This document shows positions 26,493 through 40,985 of a stretch of 64,000 nt of DNA, in pieces; the first letter of the stretch is position 1, and every line of letters begins with the position of its first letter. The position numbers were made by a program, and so were the translations under genes. The DNA comes from Octopus vulgaris (Eukaryota): positions 12,338,001-12,402,000 of the forward strand of contig OX597826.1 in NCBI GenBank assembly GCA_951406725.2, given 5' to 3'. Under the pieces are notes generated by a model. The model ran no database searches and was not told where the DNA came from. It saw nothing but the letters and a program-made list of their open reading frames with translations.

Positions 26493-27090
26493 AATATTTT
26501 TATTTGTCGGAATACGTTAATAAAATTTTAGCCCACACTCATTACATCTTTCATAGACATTTTTTGGTTTTATTAACTTCAGTCGCCAGTTCTTTACATA
26601 TTCAGTTGAAATCAGACCACGATCAATTTAACTTTTATACTTCTAGAGTCGATAAAATAAACACCCAATCACAATCTAATTTCAATGGCATCGATTTAAC
26701 CCTCCCTTAAAAATTACAGGTTTTATGCACGAATCAGAAACAATGATATTTCACGTTCCATTGATATTTCCGTCTACCATATTCCTCCAAATAGGTATTA
26801 GCCAATCAGAAGCGAGAAAAGAAAAATACTACGGGATGAGCTTTATCCCGAAAACACGAAATTTTAGAATGACTTCTTAACCGCAGTGTTATTTCTTGTA
26901 CCTAGACATTATGCCTCCAATATTTATTTACTGCTATTTACAGTTTCCCTGTTAAATTAAACCGGAAATCTTGACATATTTGCCATTCACTTTTCCGAAT
27001 GGGTCACCAGCGTGCGAAAGAAAGTGAGAGTGAAAAAACGGAATAATTTGCACGAAAGATACGCAGAACAATTGACATTGGTATATCTCA

Positions 27091-27430
27091 AAAGGCGGCG
27101 AGCTGGCAGAAACGTTAGCACACTGGTATTTCGTCTGTCTTTATGTTCTGAGTTCAAAGTTCGCCGAGGTCAACTTTGCCTTTCATCTTTTTAAAGGCGG
27201 CGAGCTGGCAGAAACGTTAGCACGCCGGGCGAAATGCGTAGCCGTATTTCGTTTGCCGTTACGTTCTGTGTTCAAATTCCACCGAGGTCCACTTTGCCTT
27301 TCATCCTTTCGGAGTAGAATAAATTAAGTACCAGTTACGCACTGGGGTCGACGTAATCGACTTAATCCGTCTGTCTGTCCTTGTTTGTCCCTTTTGTGCT
27401 TAGCCCCTTGTGGGTAGTAAAGAAATAGGT
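27091..27430 (+). mobile_element. SINE-B partial copy followed by a full B1 copy
   Basis: Two AAGGCGGCGAGCTGGCAGAAACG heads; flanking direct repeat GGTATATCTCAAAAG. Confidence 0.85.
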
Positions 27431-28107
27431 ATATCTCAAAAGACATATTTTACTTTCAGGAGTTAAGTCTACTAACTTTGATTACATCTTTTCTGATTCT
27501 TGTACTGTAATCAGAATAACAATTTACCCGAAATTGCGAACGCCTGATGTAAATTATACTTATTTTGGCTTCGAATAGTCTAATTGATTCAGCTTACAAC
27601 TATTGAGTACAATTAAAACATGATTTTATGGCTTTTAAGACGAGTATCGACTCAAATGTCTCATCGAAGAGGAGCGTTAATCAGGCTCTCGGTGGGGAGG
27701 CACTTTGATGGCGTAAAAAAAGTACCACGTTTAATAAAAGTAACTGTTTATAATTGCCCAACAGAATTTTGTGGAGAAAAAAAAAACAAATCTTATGTGT
27801 GTAAACTATATTTTGTCTCTACCATAACAACGGGGAGCAAGGGCAAAGGTTTTTACTAATATTTTGGCCAGGAAGATCCAACACGTTTCAACGTGACAAC
27901 CACTTTCAAAACGTGTGACGAAAACATGTAAAATAGCTTTTCACTCAAAATGTATATGCTGTAAATCATATAATCTAGTAATTTACCATTTGCGCAGCAA
28001 TTTTATTGAGTTGCTTTTGTCTATTAAATAGGTACCATCATTCTAGGGGACAAAATTAATGTCCACTTACGGATTATTTGAACTTACAAGACAATGGAGC
28101 AACATTA

Positions 28108-28188
28108 AATTATTACAGTTCCGTAAAAATTATTATAGTTTTGTAAAATTTATTACAGTTTCGTAAAAATTATTAGTTTCGTAAAAAC
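28108..28188. repeat. ~21-bp minisatellite, about 4 units
   Basis: Units resembling AATTATTACAGTTTCGTAAAA. Confidence 0.7.
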
Positions 28189-28986
28189 CACTGTATATAG
28201 TAGTTAAGGTTAGTGATTAGGTTCACATTGGATTGTGGGTTGGATTACCGGGCTAGGAGACACGGTGTGTCCTTGGGCAAAAGTATTTTATTTCACATTT
28301 CTCTAGTCCATTGAACTGGCGAAAACGTATTAAGAGCAATAAGGCACTCAGTCAATGTCAAATTAGCGTTGCAGCGGCCATTCATTCAATCTCATACTGA
28401 TACAGAAGAAAATTTTCAGCCGTTAAGGCATAATTTCTGAAGAAGCCCTGATGCAGCCTACTTTTAGCCATTACTTTCCACAAATGTTTTCTTCATCTCT
28501 ATCTCGACAGGATTTGAACCCCGCAGCAAAGAGAACTAAAACAAATTGCACAAGGCATCCAATAAATTTCCACATTCTTCTCCTCCCCTATAGCAATAAT
28601 AATACTAGTGACAAAAAGGTTTAGAAATGGGAAGAAGAAAAGATATGATATGCATAAATCATGAGACAATGTATTTTTATTTCTTGACGTTCTCAGTATC
28701 GGGTTGTTTGTAAAAAAAAAACCCGGTGAAAATATTTGTAAGAACTATTGGCAATAGTAATGTCTGTGTGTCGTCTGTGTACAAAGAAGTTTCAAGAAAT
28801 AAATGAATGCATTGCGAAATACTAAGAACATTGAAGAATGTAACGAGGTAAAGGGAAAAGAAATGACAACGAGGAATAGAAAGAAAAGGGAAGAGATTTA
28901 AGGAAGAAAAAGTTCAAGAGAAATATAGTGGCAAGTGCAGAGAATGGGGGTGGATAAGAGAGGAATATAATAATATAGTGAGATAC

Positions 28987-29033
<47 letters not shown>

Positions 29034-29666
29034 GAGAGAAGGAAAGAAAGAAAGAAAGAGATGGGAGATTAAGAGAACGGAATAAATTGATAGAAAATTA
29101 GACAGAACAGGAAGAAATTTAAAATATGGGAAGATTGTTGAATTAAAGAGAAAAATAGAGGGGGGATGGGAAAGACAAAAAATAATACAAGAGAAACAGA
29201 AATACAGAAAAGGAATAAATTTGGAAGCAAGAAAAAAACATAATACTCAAAATAGAAAAAAATATAATAAGGAAAATAACGAAAAATATAACAGATGCTA
29301 AAACCAGATGAAATTTTCAAATTTATAGAAAAATTTCCATCGTGGCAAAACAGTCGCCATTCAATAAATTATAAATTTTTTGAACAAAATTTATATCTTT
29401 TTATTCCAAATGTCTCATTTTCCGATCATTTATGTCTTTATTTTTTTTTATCTAAAGTGACAAACAGAAAGAGAAAGTGGGAAGAATTCGGCCTAAATAT
29501 TGGGATAATGATTCTAGTTGTCTCAGTTCTTATAAAGCTGTTTCTGCTGATGACGGTGATGTTGTCTGGAACCTATATTTTCCCTATACGCACACACTCG
29601 CTCCGACTAATCGTTGAGAGGACATTGGTGTTGCCTTGGCGGAGGTTTGCGCTCTCTGAGTGCTCC

Positions 29667-29708
<42 letters not shown>

Positions 29709-29855
29709 CAGTGATATGGCTAAAAAATTGATAGTAACAACAATAATAAAATTAGTGGCAGCAATCGATATTAGCATTAAACAGCTATAATTATATTCGA
29801 GGGTGCTTGAAACGCCATCTTGCTAGAAAGTGGAAGTAAAAACCACAGATTTGCC

Positions 29856-29920
<65 letters not shown>

Positions 29921-29922
<2 letters not shown>

Positions 29923-30472
29923 GCCCTGATGGAGTACCAGGCAATGGTTCGCGTGGCTTCTGATCTTAACTGATTGGAAGTGTTATCATGTACATTGTTT
30001 TGTCTTGGTATAAAAGATGGGCTACAGCAAATATTCTGCTCAATACCACAGATTTGCTTGTCAGGTTTTTGACCTTAACCAGTAGAACATGTCCCTTAGT
30101 GGCTGACGATATGTGCATCTCTGATCACGAGCAGACGTAGTAGGGGAGCATCATAGCCATGTGTTGAGAGGGATTCTTTGGGGTTTGAATAATTCCCCTC
30201 TGGAAACATGGGTGTTTCGTTCAACATGCTTAAACAATCCTTATTCAGCGACCTTTTGAGCAGGATGGTTTTCTCGACCAGAAGAAAATTCTAACTGGGC
30301 CCCACCTGCAAGGTCATGTGCTGTTTATCTTGATATGAGATCACCATGTCGCGCACATATGGTTGTGATGCATGTGCCTAGCGTACCCTTATCAGACGGG
30401 TAGTGATGATGGGTATACTAGGCTTCGTATATTATACCCCAGTGTCACTTTAATGGCATGCACTGCTCTCTC
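29921..30472 (+). mobile_element. ~550-bp interspersed element bounded by (AAT)n, copy 1
   Basis: Highly similar to 30521-31068; partial diverged copy at 62450-62600; orientation inferred from the ..CTCTC(AAT)n end. Confidence 0.75.
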
Positions 30473-30520
<48 letters not shown>

Positions 30521-30521
<1 letters not shown>

Positions 30522-31068
30522 TGCAGTACCAGGCAGTGGCTCTCATGGCTTCTGATCTTAACTGATTGGAAGTGCTATCATGTACATTGTTTTGTCTTGG
30601 TATAAAAGATGGGCTACAGAAAATATTCTGCTCAATACCACAGATTTGCTTGTCAGTTGTTTGACCTTAACCAGTTGAGCATGTCCCTTAGTGGCTGACG
30701 ATATGTGCATCTCTGATCACGAGCAGAAGTAGTGGGGGAGCATCATAGCCATGTGTTGAGAGGGATTCTTTGGGGTTTGAATAATTCACCTCTGGAAACA
30801 TGGGTGGTTCTTTCAACATCCTTAAACAACCCTTATTCAGGGACCTTTTGAGCGGGATGGGCTACTCAAGCTGAAGAAAATTCTAACTGGGCCCCACCTG
30901 CAAGGTCATGTGCTGTTTATCTTGATATGAGATCACCATGTCGCGCACATATGGTTGTGATGCATGTGCCTGGTGTACCTTTATCAGACGGGTAGTCATG
31001 ATGGGTATATTGGGCTTCGTATATTTTACCCCAGTGTCACTTTGATGGCATGCACTGCTCTCTCACTC
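30521..31068 (+). mobile_element. ~550-bp (AAT)n-bounded element, copy 2 (tandem)
   Basis: As for copy 1; lacks the first few bases. Confidence 0.75.
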
Positions 31069-31689
31069 AATAATAATAATAATAATAATAAGAGCACTTA
31101 AAGAGCGTAAACCTCCGCCAAGGGAAAATCAACGCCCTGATTTTGATCACGCACAAGGAGCCAAACATAGATGGAATATTACAAAACAATACAGTTCACA
31201 TAATCGGAGAAATAAAAATACAGAAAGAAATCGAATGAAGGAAAAAAAACGAATGAAAATATGAAAATGATAAAACGAGACGCAATGCCCACTCTAACCC
31301 GAAGTCGAGTGGTTACATTTAGACATTATTTTGAACAGTTTCCTCCTTTTTATTTAAAGTTCACATCTTCATGATATTTTAATGATCATATTTTAAAAGT
31401 TTTTAAATTTTTCAGCTCTTTATGCTGAATTATAGATGGCAGGGCATCAAACCACATCGGCCCGCAAAGTGAAATTAAGTACATTCTATGTTTTTATAAA
31501 CGTGTCGTATCTATCCTCATCCAATAGTAAACACTTTTTTTCTTCCTTGAAATACTCCCTGGGTAGTTTCACCCTTATTAATCCTCTTTTCCACATCTAC
31601 ATTCTTTTCGTAGTACACTATGAATGCCTTATTTTTAAAACCGTGCTGTTGGATTTGCAAACCTTCTGCATTCGAAGGTGTGCACAGAC

Positions 31690-32290
31690 ATATAGGCAGA
31701 ATAGTCGGTGGATGTTTGTTTTCCATGCGTTCGCAGATGAGATTTGAGGCCAGTGAAAAAAGAAGGAATTTTCTATCACAGCCTGAGCACACAAAAAGGT
31801 CATTTTCATTCACCTTCTCGATCGTTACATTCTTCCTTTTGAATCTTGTGTGATTCTAGCCTCTTCAAATGCTTTCACTCCACTCCACACTTTTGTTCGC
31901 CATCCAACTCGATCCGCAGCAAGGGTTTCTATATCTTCTGGACCCATTCGCAGTGACCTCATAGTAGTCCATATGCCGTCCTTAAAACTTTTTTTAGGTT
32001 TACACCGATAGCGTTTCTCCTCTGCAAGCTCATCATAAAACCTCTGTTTTGGCATGCATTCATCTGCCATTCGAACAATATGGCCACACCATCTCAATTG
32101 GTGCCTCAGAATCATAGCTTTAATTGAGGTGATGCCTGCAGATACAAGGACATCTGTGTTTGGAGTAAAAGAACTCCATTAAATTTTAAAATGCGATGAA
32201 GGCATTTTTGGTGGAATTGTTCTAAAAATTTGAAATGCCTTTTATAACAAGTCCAAGTTTCACAGAAGTACAACAGTAAAACTATTAAAC
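31690..32290 (-). mobile_element. RTE (BovB-like) LINE 3' fragment, degenerate
   Basis: QLRWCGHIVRMADECMPKQ..ETLAADRVGWR, followed by a Cys/His remnant FVCSGCDRK. Confidence 0.8.
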
Positions 32291-32317
32291 TGTTATCTCA
32301 TATTACATATACATATG

Positions 32318-32371
<54 letters not shown>

Positions 32372-32479
32372 GTGTGTATATATATGTGTGTAGGCATATA
32401 TAAATATATATATATATATGCACATCAATATATATATATATACACACTAAAAATGTAACATGAAAACCAGGGCAAAGTA

Positions 32480-33100
32480 CGATTGTCATGTTGTATGTAA
32501 CAGAGGTGTTTGCTAATTTCCATAACCTTTCAACTATACCTAACTCCTGCTCATTTCTGCATAACATTGGTACCCATGAACTATCATCAATTATGTGGGT
32601 CCCCCTTGGTGTTCTGAATCTCACGAGACCCCGAGCCACTTATCCAGGCTGTCGGCCCAGCTTTCCACGACGCATAGGTCTGCTTCTTTGATAAAATTTG
32701 GTTCTCTCAACAACTTGTATTATCTTATGAAAGTTCTATCCTCCTCGACTATTATGATGTCTGACCCCACCCTTGTGCCCCAGTCTACCATATATCTATA
32801 TGTGTCTGTTGCGTTCCAGTTCGAGCGAGCTGAAACGAGCGTGTGATTCGAAACGTTTCCGATTTGAATACATTCACTCAGATTATTAATGATAACCATC
32901 CTCTGAAAATGAAATCGAACTTGCTGCATTGAAGATAGCGTCTAAGTGTCGATAGATTGAACCAAATTCATCTGAGCTATGTGGAAAAGGTAAGAACACC
33001 ATAGACAATACAAAAACAATTCGATGCTAGTAGATATAGTAATTATAACATCCACACTTCCTGGAGTATATGTAAAAAATACCACCCGCCTCTCACGTGC
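32480..33100 (-). mobile_element. Degenerate Penelope-like GIY-YIG endonuclease fragment
   Basis: IYSRKCGCYN (VYxIPC-like) and MVDWG..IIIVEEDRTFIR..LRE..FIK resemble PLE endonuclease motifs. Confidence 0.45.
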
Positions 33101-33689
33101 ATGTTAGAAAATAGACACTTAATTTTCCTATTGTAACAATGTGCCATATTAGCTTTTTGAGATAATTGGAGGCACAATAACGTAGCGAAGCTTTTCTGCA
33201 CATGCTTACCCAACAGATATTAGTTTCTCAAAGAGAAAAACGAAAAAGAATTCAAAAACAAAACTCAGCGATAAACAAGTATATTTCAATTGTCTTCGAA
33301 AATGAGACTGAAAATATGTAACGTTGCGTAATGAGTGACCATCAACTATATAATAAGCGAGTCTACATTCTCTGCAAGAAAATTGAAAGTTACGTGTTAA
33401 TTACCTAGATAGCAATACAAAATGTCTGTTCGTGTTGGACACAAGACATCTGAATATTTAAAGTATTACACAGGTAAATTTAAAACCTTGTCATTAAAAG
33501 CTTATCACAGTTAAGATTTATGTCCCTTGTCCCATTATTAAATGGTACCACTCTAATGATACATAACGACATTTAGCCAATACTGATCACGATACATATA
33601 GACAAATTCACCATGAAGCTGTTCATACTAATGTCTGTAAATATTTTCACATCTGAAGTTCTGCATCCCAGTCTTCTTTTTCTAACAAA

Positions 33690-34110
<421 letters not shown>

Positions 34111-34112
34111 TT

Positions 34113-34315
34113 AGGATAGCTGGCAGAATCGTTAGCAACGCCGGACAAAATTCTTAGCGGCATTTCGTCCGTCTTAACGTTCTGATTTCAAATTCTACCG
34201 AAATCAATTTTGCCTTTCATCCCTTCGGATGTGTGCCATTGCCCAATGGGATCGATTTAATCAACTTACTCTTCGACCCCGAAATAGCTGGCCTTGTAAC
34301 AAAATTTGAAACCTT
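34113..34315 (+). mobile_element. SINE-B diverged copy (B3 tail)
   Basis: AGCTGGCAGAATCGTTAGC head, GCCTTTCATCC core, GCTGGCCTTGTAACAAAATTTG tail. Confidence 0.75.
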
Positions 34316-35516
34316 TATTATAGGAAAGTCTCGGTGAACTGATACCGTTAATTTCCGTATTTAGTAACATTTTTTTACGTTCTGAGAAATTCCCACTAGG
34401 TTTTTTTTATGCCTTTTATTCTTTCCCTAAGGAAATAAGTGCCACCGAGCTCTGATGTCCATTGACTCGACTCGATGACATTTACCTAAATTTGGTAGCC
34501 TCGGGAGAAACTTGAAGAATTGTTGTTTTTCCGTTATTTTGTTCTGAGGTCCTTCTTCGGTCAAAATAATTTTCCCCATTCTGAAACAATAGAAATTAAT
34601 TTCAGCTCAGTAATTGAGGCAATTGAATTCATTATTTCAACATCTGAAAATTGTGACCTTGCACCGCAGCTAGGACAGTGAGGAATCAATATTAATCAAC
34701 GCAAATGAATAGTAATTCTGCCAGTGTTAGTTAATAACTGAACAGTAGTTGGATTTTTCATGTTACTGTTATTGCAATTAAATACATTTTAGGAATTATT
34801 CAATTTATATTTGAAATTCTTATTATTATTAAATGTGAAAAAAGATATTTTGCTGTGTTCATCTAAAGGATTTTACACAAGCATTTACTTGTGATCCTCA
34901 GTCAATTGCACATTAGAGCAATAAAAGCTATGTAAATATCCATTATGCCTATGTTTTGGATACAACCAATCAACTTTACAACAGATTTACACATATTACC
35001 GTTTCCATAGAGATGACCTTAAAAGGTGCTTCAGCTTCAAGATGAATAATCTTCTCATTTGCGATGAAAGATTTTGTCTAAGACTTGTAATTAGACAGGC
35101 AATAGTAAAATAAGTTATTTCTTTAGACATTGAGGTGAGAGTTCAGACGGTCTGTAACACTTTTATGCCTCCTGATTCAAGTGAAATTTGTTTAAAATAC
35201 GTCACCAAATTTTAAAGATAGATTTATCCCAATACTCGCTAATTTATATAATTTGCGTTTAAGTGATACGCTAATTGTTCATTATTTATTAAGATGACTG
35301 ATTGGTTCTATATTAAGAAGACATAAGATAAATTGAAGTAAAGGCAGTTTTGTGCTGAATGAATGCGTACAATAGACAGATTTCTATATCGATATCAATG
35401 TCTACGGAATGTCTATTTACTTTAAATCTAATATAAGAAATAACAATGGTGTGTTACTTTCTATCTTTTATCGTATATGAACATACACATATGTAAATAT
35501 GTATATCCACTTAATG

Positions 35517-35564
<48 letters not shown>

Positions 35565-35700
35565 TGTATAAATATATAAATATATGAATATATATAAATA
35601 TATAAATATATGAACATATATAAATATATATAAATATATGAATATATATAAATATATAAATATATGAATATATATAAATATATAAATATATGAATATATA

Positions 35701-36829
35701 TGTTTCCTGACAGACAGATCTCAACATGTTGTAGTTGAAGGGGTAAAATCAAGCCCAGCCAAAGTCAGTAGTGGCGTTCCGCAAGGCACTGTGCTGGGCC
35801 CACTTATTTTCATCATTTACATTAATGACATTAATGACATCATCAAGCACAGCAACATAAAAATTTTTGCAGATGATTCCAAGCTACAGAAGGTCACAAA
35901 TGAGGCGAGTGACCGGACATGCCTTCAGTCAGATCTACTGGCTGTTATCCAATGGGCAGAAAAAAACAATATGCTGCTGAACGAGGATAAATTTGAGTTA
36001 ATCCACTTTGGAAATGAGGATGCCCTGAAACTCCCATACTCCCTTCCTTCAGGTGAAACTCTCGCGGAGTCCAACAACATCAGAGACTTGGGAGTAATTA
36101 TGGACAACAACATAAGCTGGGCCACTCATATAAACACCAAAGTTGACATGGCCCGCAGAATGTGTTCCTGGATTCTCAGAACTTTCCAGTCGAGAGATAT
36201 CCACACCATTATCCTTCTCTTCTCCACTTTTGCCCGACCCCACATTGAATACTGTTGTCCACTGTGGTCTCCCCACACAATACAAGGTATCGTAAAAGTT
36301 GAAGCACCTCAAAGGGCAATCACAAAAAAGATAGATGGCATGACAGGCCTCGACTATTGGGGTCGACTAGAAAAGCTAAAACTTTATTCTCTCCAACGTC
36401 GTCGTGAGCGCTACATCATCTGCATGATGTGGAAAATATTCCATCAGCATTGCCCAAATGATGTTGGCATCACCTTTAAGGTACATCCAAGGCTTGGGCC
36501 CCGTGCCATCCACCCAAAACTCTCATCTCATAACAACAATACGGCACAATTATTTCACCTCAATTGGCTCTCTTTAACATTACAGCAAAACACATTAAAA
36601 CAGAAACTGACCCTATAGGGTTCAAGAGGTCTTTGGACAGATTCCTTCAAGAAATCCCGGATAAACCCCCTACACATGGATATGTCTCTGTAAACAATAA
36701 CTCTCTACTTGAGTGGGCCATAGTGCCCAAATTCTGACTTGAAAGACTTCACCAGGTGGTGCTATTAAGTTGGGCATGGCCTGGGCCAATAATGGCCGAA
36801 ACCTATCAAAGTATCAAAGTATCAAAGTA
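35701..36829 (+). mobile_element. CR1-clade LINE, 5'-truncated copy 1 (RT C-terminal half, frameshifted near 36520)
   Basis: [41 protein letters not shown]; short 3'UTR and (TATCAAAG)3 tail. Confidence 0.95.
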
Positions 36830-37250
<421 letters not shown>

Positions 37251-39328
37251 CTCTCATAAGGAAAATTAAAAGAATCAACAAAAAGATCAACATGCTGAAA
37301 TACTGTCGACAGCAACACACCAACCTGACTGCCATCTCGTCGCTAGAGATTAAAAAACATAAACTCCAAAACAACATGATGTCTATCATCAATAGTCAGC
37401 GAAGAGCTGAAGAGGCCTGGGCCATTGAGAAGATCAAACTCAATCCCAAAGTGTTCTTTTCATTTGCAAAAAAACACAGAGTCACTGGTTCTACTGTTGG
37501 TCCTCTGATTGATGAAAATGGTACTCTTCAAGACAATGCCAAAACCATGGGAGAGATATTGCAGAAACAATATTGCTCTGTTTTCAGCAATCCTGATATG
37601 ACTGATCTGGGCTGTATCAGTGATGTTACTCCCCAATACACTTTATCGGACATAACATTTGGCGCTCCTGATGTCTTAGCAGCAATAAAGGAAATGAAGC
37701 ATAATTCAGCAGTAGGTGCCGATAGGTTCCCTGCTTGTGTCTTGAAGATGTGTCAAAACCAACTTGCACCCCCTCTAGCCAATCTGTGGCGGAACTCACT
37801 GGATGCTGGATATATACCAGAAGACCTTCTATCCCAGTCTGTTGTCCCAGTTTTCAAAAAAGGAAACAAATCGCTTGCCGTGAATTACCGTCCAATCTCA
37901 CTCACCTCTCATATCATCAAGGTATTTGAGAGGGTGCTGAGATCGCGTATGACTCACTTCCTTGAGAGTCATAATATGCTGAACCCCAACCAGCATGGAT
38001 TCCGTAATGGGAGAGATTGCCTGACGCAGCTACTGCATCATTTTGATGACATTTTGAGAGCCTTAGGAGAAGGTTCCAACACTGATGTCATCTACCTTGA
38101 TTTCAGCAAGGCCTTTGACAGGGTTGATCATAAGATCCTTCTGAGAAAGCTGTCCAATATTGGTGTCACTGGAAAGCTGCTGCAGTGGATCAAGCGCTTC
38201 CTGTCTAACAGAACCCAACATGTTGTAGTCGAAGGAGTCAAATCCGGCCCAGCCAAAGTCAGCAGTGGTGTCCCACAAGGCACTGTGTTGGGCCCACTTC
38301 TCTTCATCATCTACATAAATGATATTACTGACGCCATCAAACACAGTAACATCAGAACCTTCGCTGATGATTCCAAGCTCCAGAAGGTCATCAATGGCGT
38401 GGATGACCGAATAAACCTTCAGTCAGACCTACTGGCTGTTGTCCAATGGGCGGAAAAGAATAACATGTTGCTAAATGAAGACAAATTTGAACTGATCCAC
38501 TTTGGAAGGGAGGACGCTCTGAAACTCCCATACTCTCTTCCTTCTGGAGAAATTCTCATGGCATCCAACAACATCAGAGACCTGGGAGTAACAGTGGACA
38601 ACAACATAAGCTGGGCTACACATATAAGCAGCAAAGTTGACATGGCCCGCAGAATGTGTTCCTGGATTCTCAGAACCTTCCAGTCGAGAGATTCCCACGC
38701 TATTATCCTTCTCTTCTCCACTTTTGCCCGACCCCACCTTGAATACTGCTGTCCAATGTGGTCTCCCTACACAAAACAAAATATTATGAGAATTGAAGCT
38801 CCCCAAAGGTCAATCACAAAAAAGATAGATGGCATGTCAGACCTTGACTACTGGAGTAGACTAGAGAAGCTGAAATTGTATTCACTCCAACGACGCCGTG
38901 AACGCTACATTATCTGTATGATGTGGAAAATATTCCATCAGCACTGTCCGAATGATGTTGGCATCACCTTCAAAATGCATCCAAGGCTTGGACCACGTGC
39001 CATCCGTCCACAACAAAAATCTAAATCGCATCACATGACGACAATACGGCACTACTATTTCACCTCAATTGGACCTGCTCTCTTCAACATTACACCAGGA
39101 CACGTCAAAAAAGAAACTGACCACACAAAATTCAAGAAGTCTTTGGACAAATTCCTTCAAACAGTACCGGACAAAACACCCGGATATGTCTCCGCAAACA
39201 ATAACTCTCTGCTCGAATGGGCCTTGTTGCGCAAATCCTGAACTGAAAGACTTCGCCAGGTGGTGCTATTAAGTTAGACATGGCCTGGGCCAATACTGGC
39301 CAAAACCTTTCTAAGTTATTCTAAGTTA
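37251..39328 (+). mobile_element. CR1-clade LINE, 5'-truncated copy 2 (different subfamily)
   Basis: Uninterrupted ORF2 segment; 3'UTR homologous to copy 1; tail TTCTAAGTTA x2. Confidence 0.95.
37292..39241 (+). CDS. LINE ORF2 reverse transcriptase, 649 aa open; lacks the APE endonuclease because of 5' truncation
   Basis: [49 protein letters not shown]. Confidence 0.9.
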   Translation: MLKYCRQQHTNLTAISSLEIKKHKLQNNMMSIINSQRRAEEAWAIEKIKLNPKVFFSFAKKHRVTGSTVGPLIDENGTLQDNAKTMGEILQKQYCSVFSNPDMTDLGCISDVTPQYTLSDITFGAPDVLAAIKEMKHNSAVGADRFPACVLKMCQNQLAPPLANLWRNSLDAGYIPEDLLSQSVVPVFKKGNKSLAVNYRPISLTSHIIKVFERVLRSRMTHFLESHNMLNPNQHGFRNGRDCLTQLLHHFDDILRALGEGSNTDVIYLDFSKAFDRVDHKILLRKLSNIGVTGKLLQWIKRFLSNRTQHVVVEGVKSGPAKVSSGVPQGTVLGPLLFIIYINDITDAIKHSNIRTFADDSKLQKVINGVDDRINLQSDLLAVVQWAEKNNMLLNEDKFELIHFGREDALKLPYSLPSGEILMASNNIRDLGVTVDNNISWATHISSKVDMARRMCSWILRTFQSRDSHAIILLFSTFARPHLEYCCPMWSPYTKQNIMRIEAPQRSITKKIDGMSDLDYWSRLEKLKLYSLQRRRERYIICMMWKIFHQHCPNDVGITFKMHPRLGPRAIRPQQKSKSHHMTTIRHYYFTSIGPALFNITPGHVKKETDHTKFKKSLDKFLQTVPDKTPGYVSANNNSLLEWALLRKS

Positions 39329-39920
<592 letters not shown>

Positions 39921-40165
39921 ATAATTCTCTAATACATACAATTAAGTTCACTTATATTTTATTATTGTGTAATATTATTGAATTTTATCGTGTAATCGAA
40001 TCTTTCGTCGTATATCTATGCCCTGATCACTGATAGTCTATTTGACTATGTACTGCCAATTGTTTTCCTCTTCTAATAGGCAATATCGTGAATTTGCGTT
40101 TTATTTTTCTAGTTTCACATTTGTTTTCTTCCAGTCTCTAATCTTATCTGTCTTCTCCTTTCTTT

Positions 40166-40220
<55 letters not shown>

Positions 40221-40739
40221 CATCGCTCTCGCTCAATTCCTATTTTTACCCCTTGTTGATATTTTGTCAAACCAAATATTAGGATATAGATTCATCCTGT
40301 CAGTCATTCTTGCCCTCTGTCAGTCCACTACAATATCATATTTCCCCATATAGCAATGTCTACAGTTCAACAAATGGATTATGCTATTATTGGACGTTGT
40401 GTTGGTGGAAGAAGGACAGGAAGAAGATATTTTAAACTTTATTTTCTACATTTCTTTTCTGTCTTCTCTTCTGTGCATTTCATTACTGCTAAATCATTGC
40501 CTTACTGGAAGCCATAACCAGAACCTCTACTACACCCAATGAATAAACAATTGATGTTAGAGAGTAAGGAACTGTTGAAATTAAGTTCGGGATTAATTTT
40601 CAATATATACACGTGGATCTTGGAGATCTAAACTTCACGTGAAATCTCAATAGATTCCCGTTAAAATAATGGAATCTTCTCTGAGCTTCGAAAAAATACT
40701 TTTAAGACGATGTAGTTTGAAATTTTTGCTGCAACAATC

Positions 40740-40985
40740 AGGCGCGTGACTTAGTGGTTAGGGTATCAGCATCATGATCGTAAGATTGTGGTTTCGACTC
40801 CTGGAGCGGGCGACGCGTTGTGTTTTTGAGCAAAACACATGATTTTACGTTGCTCCAGACCACTCAGCTCGCAAAAATGAGTAACGCTGCGATGGACTGG
40901 CGTTCCGTCCAGCTGGGGAACACATACGCCATAGAAACCAGGAAACCAGGCCCATAAGCCTGGCTAGGCTTTAAAAGGGCGCATT
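40740..40985 (+). mobile_element. tRNA-derived SINE family D with a V-domain-like segment
   Basis: TGACTTAGTGG A box, GTTTCGACTCC B box; CTGCGATGGACTGGCGTTCCGTCCAG resembles the V-SINE domain; older relative near 28195-28330. Confidence 0.65.

Noticed and set aside
37292-39241. RT as a retron, DGR, group II intron or autonomous element
   Set aside because: The motifs and 3' tail are those of a CR1-clade LINE, and the copy is 5'-truncated without endonuclease or ORF1.
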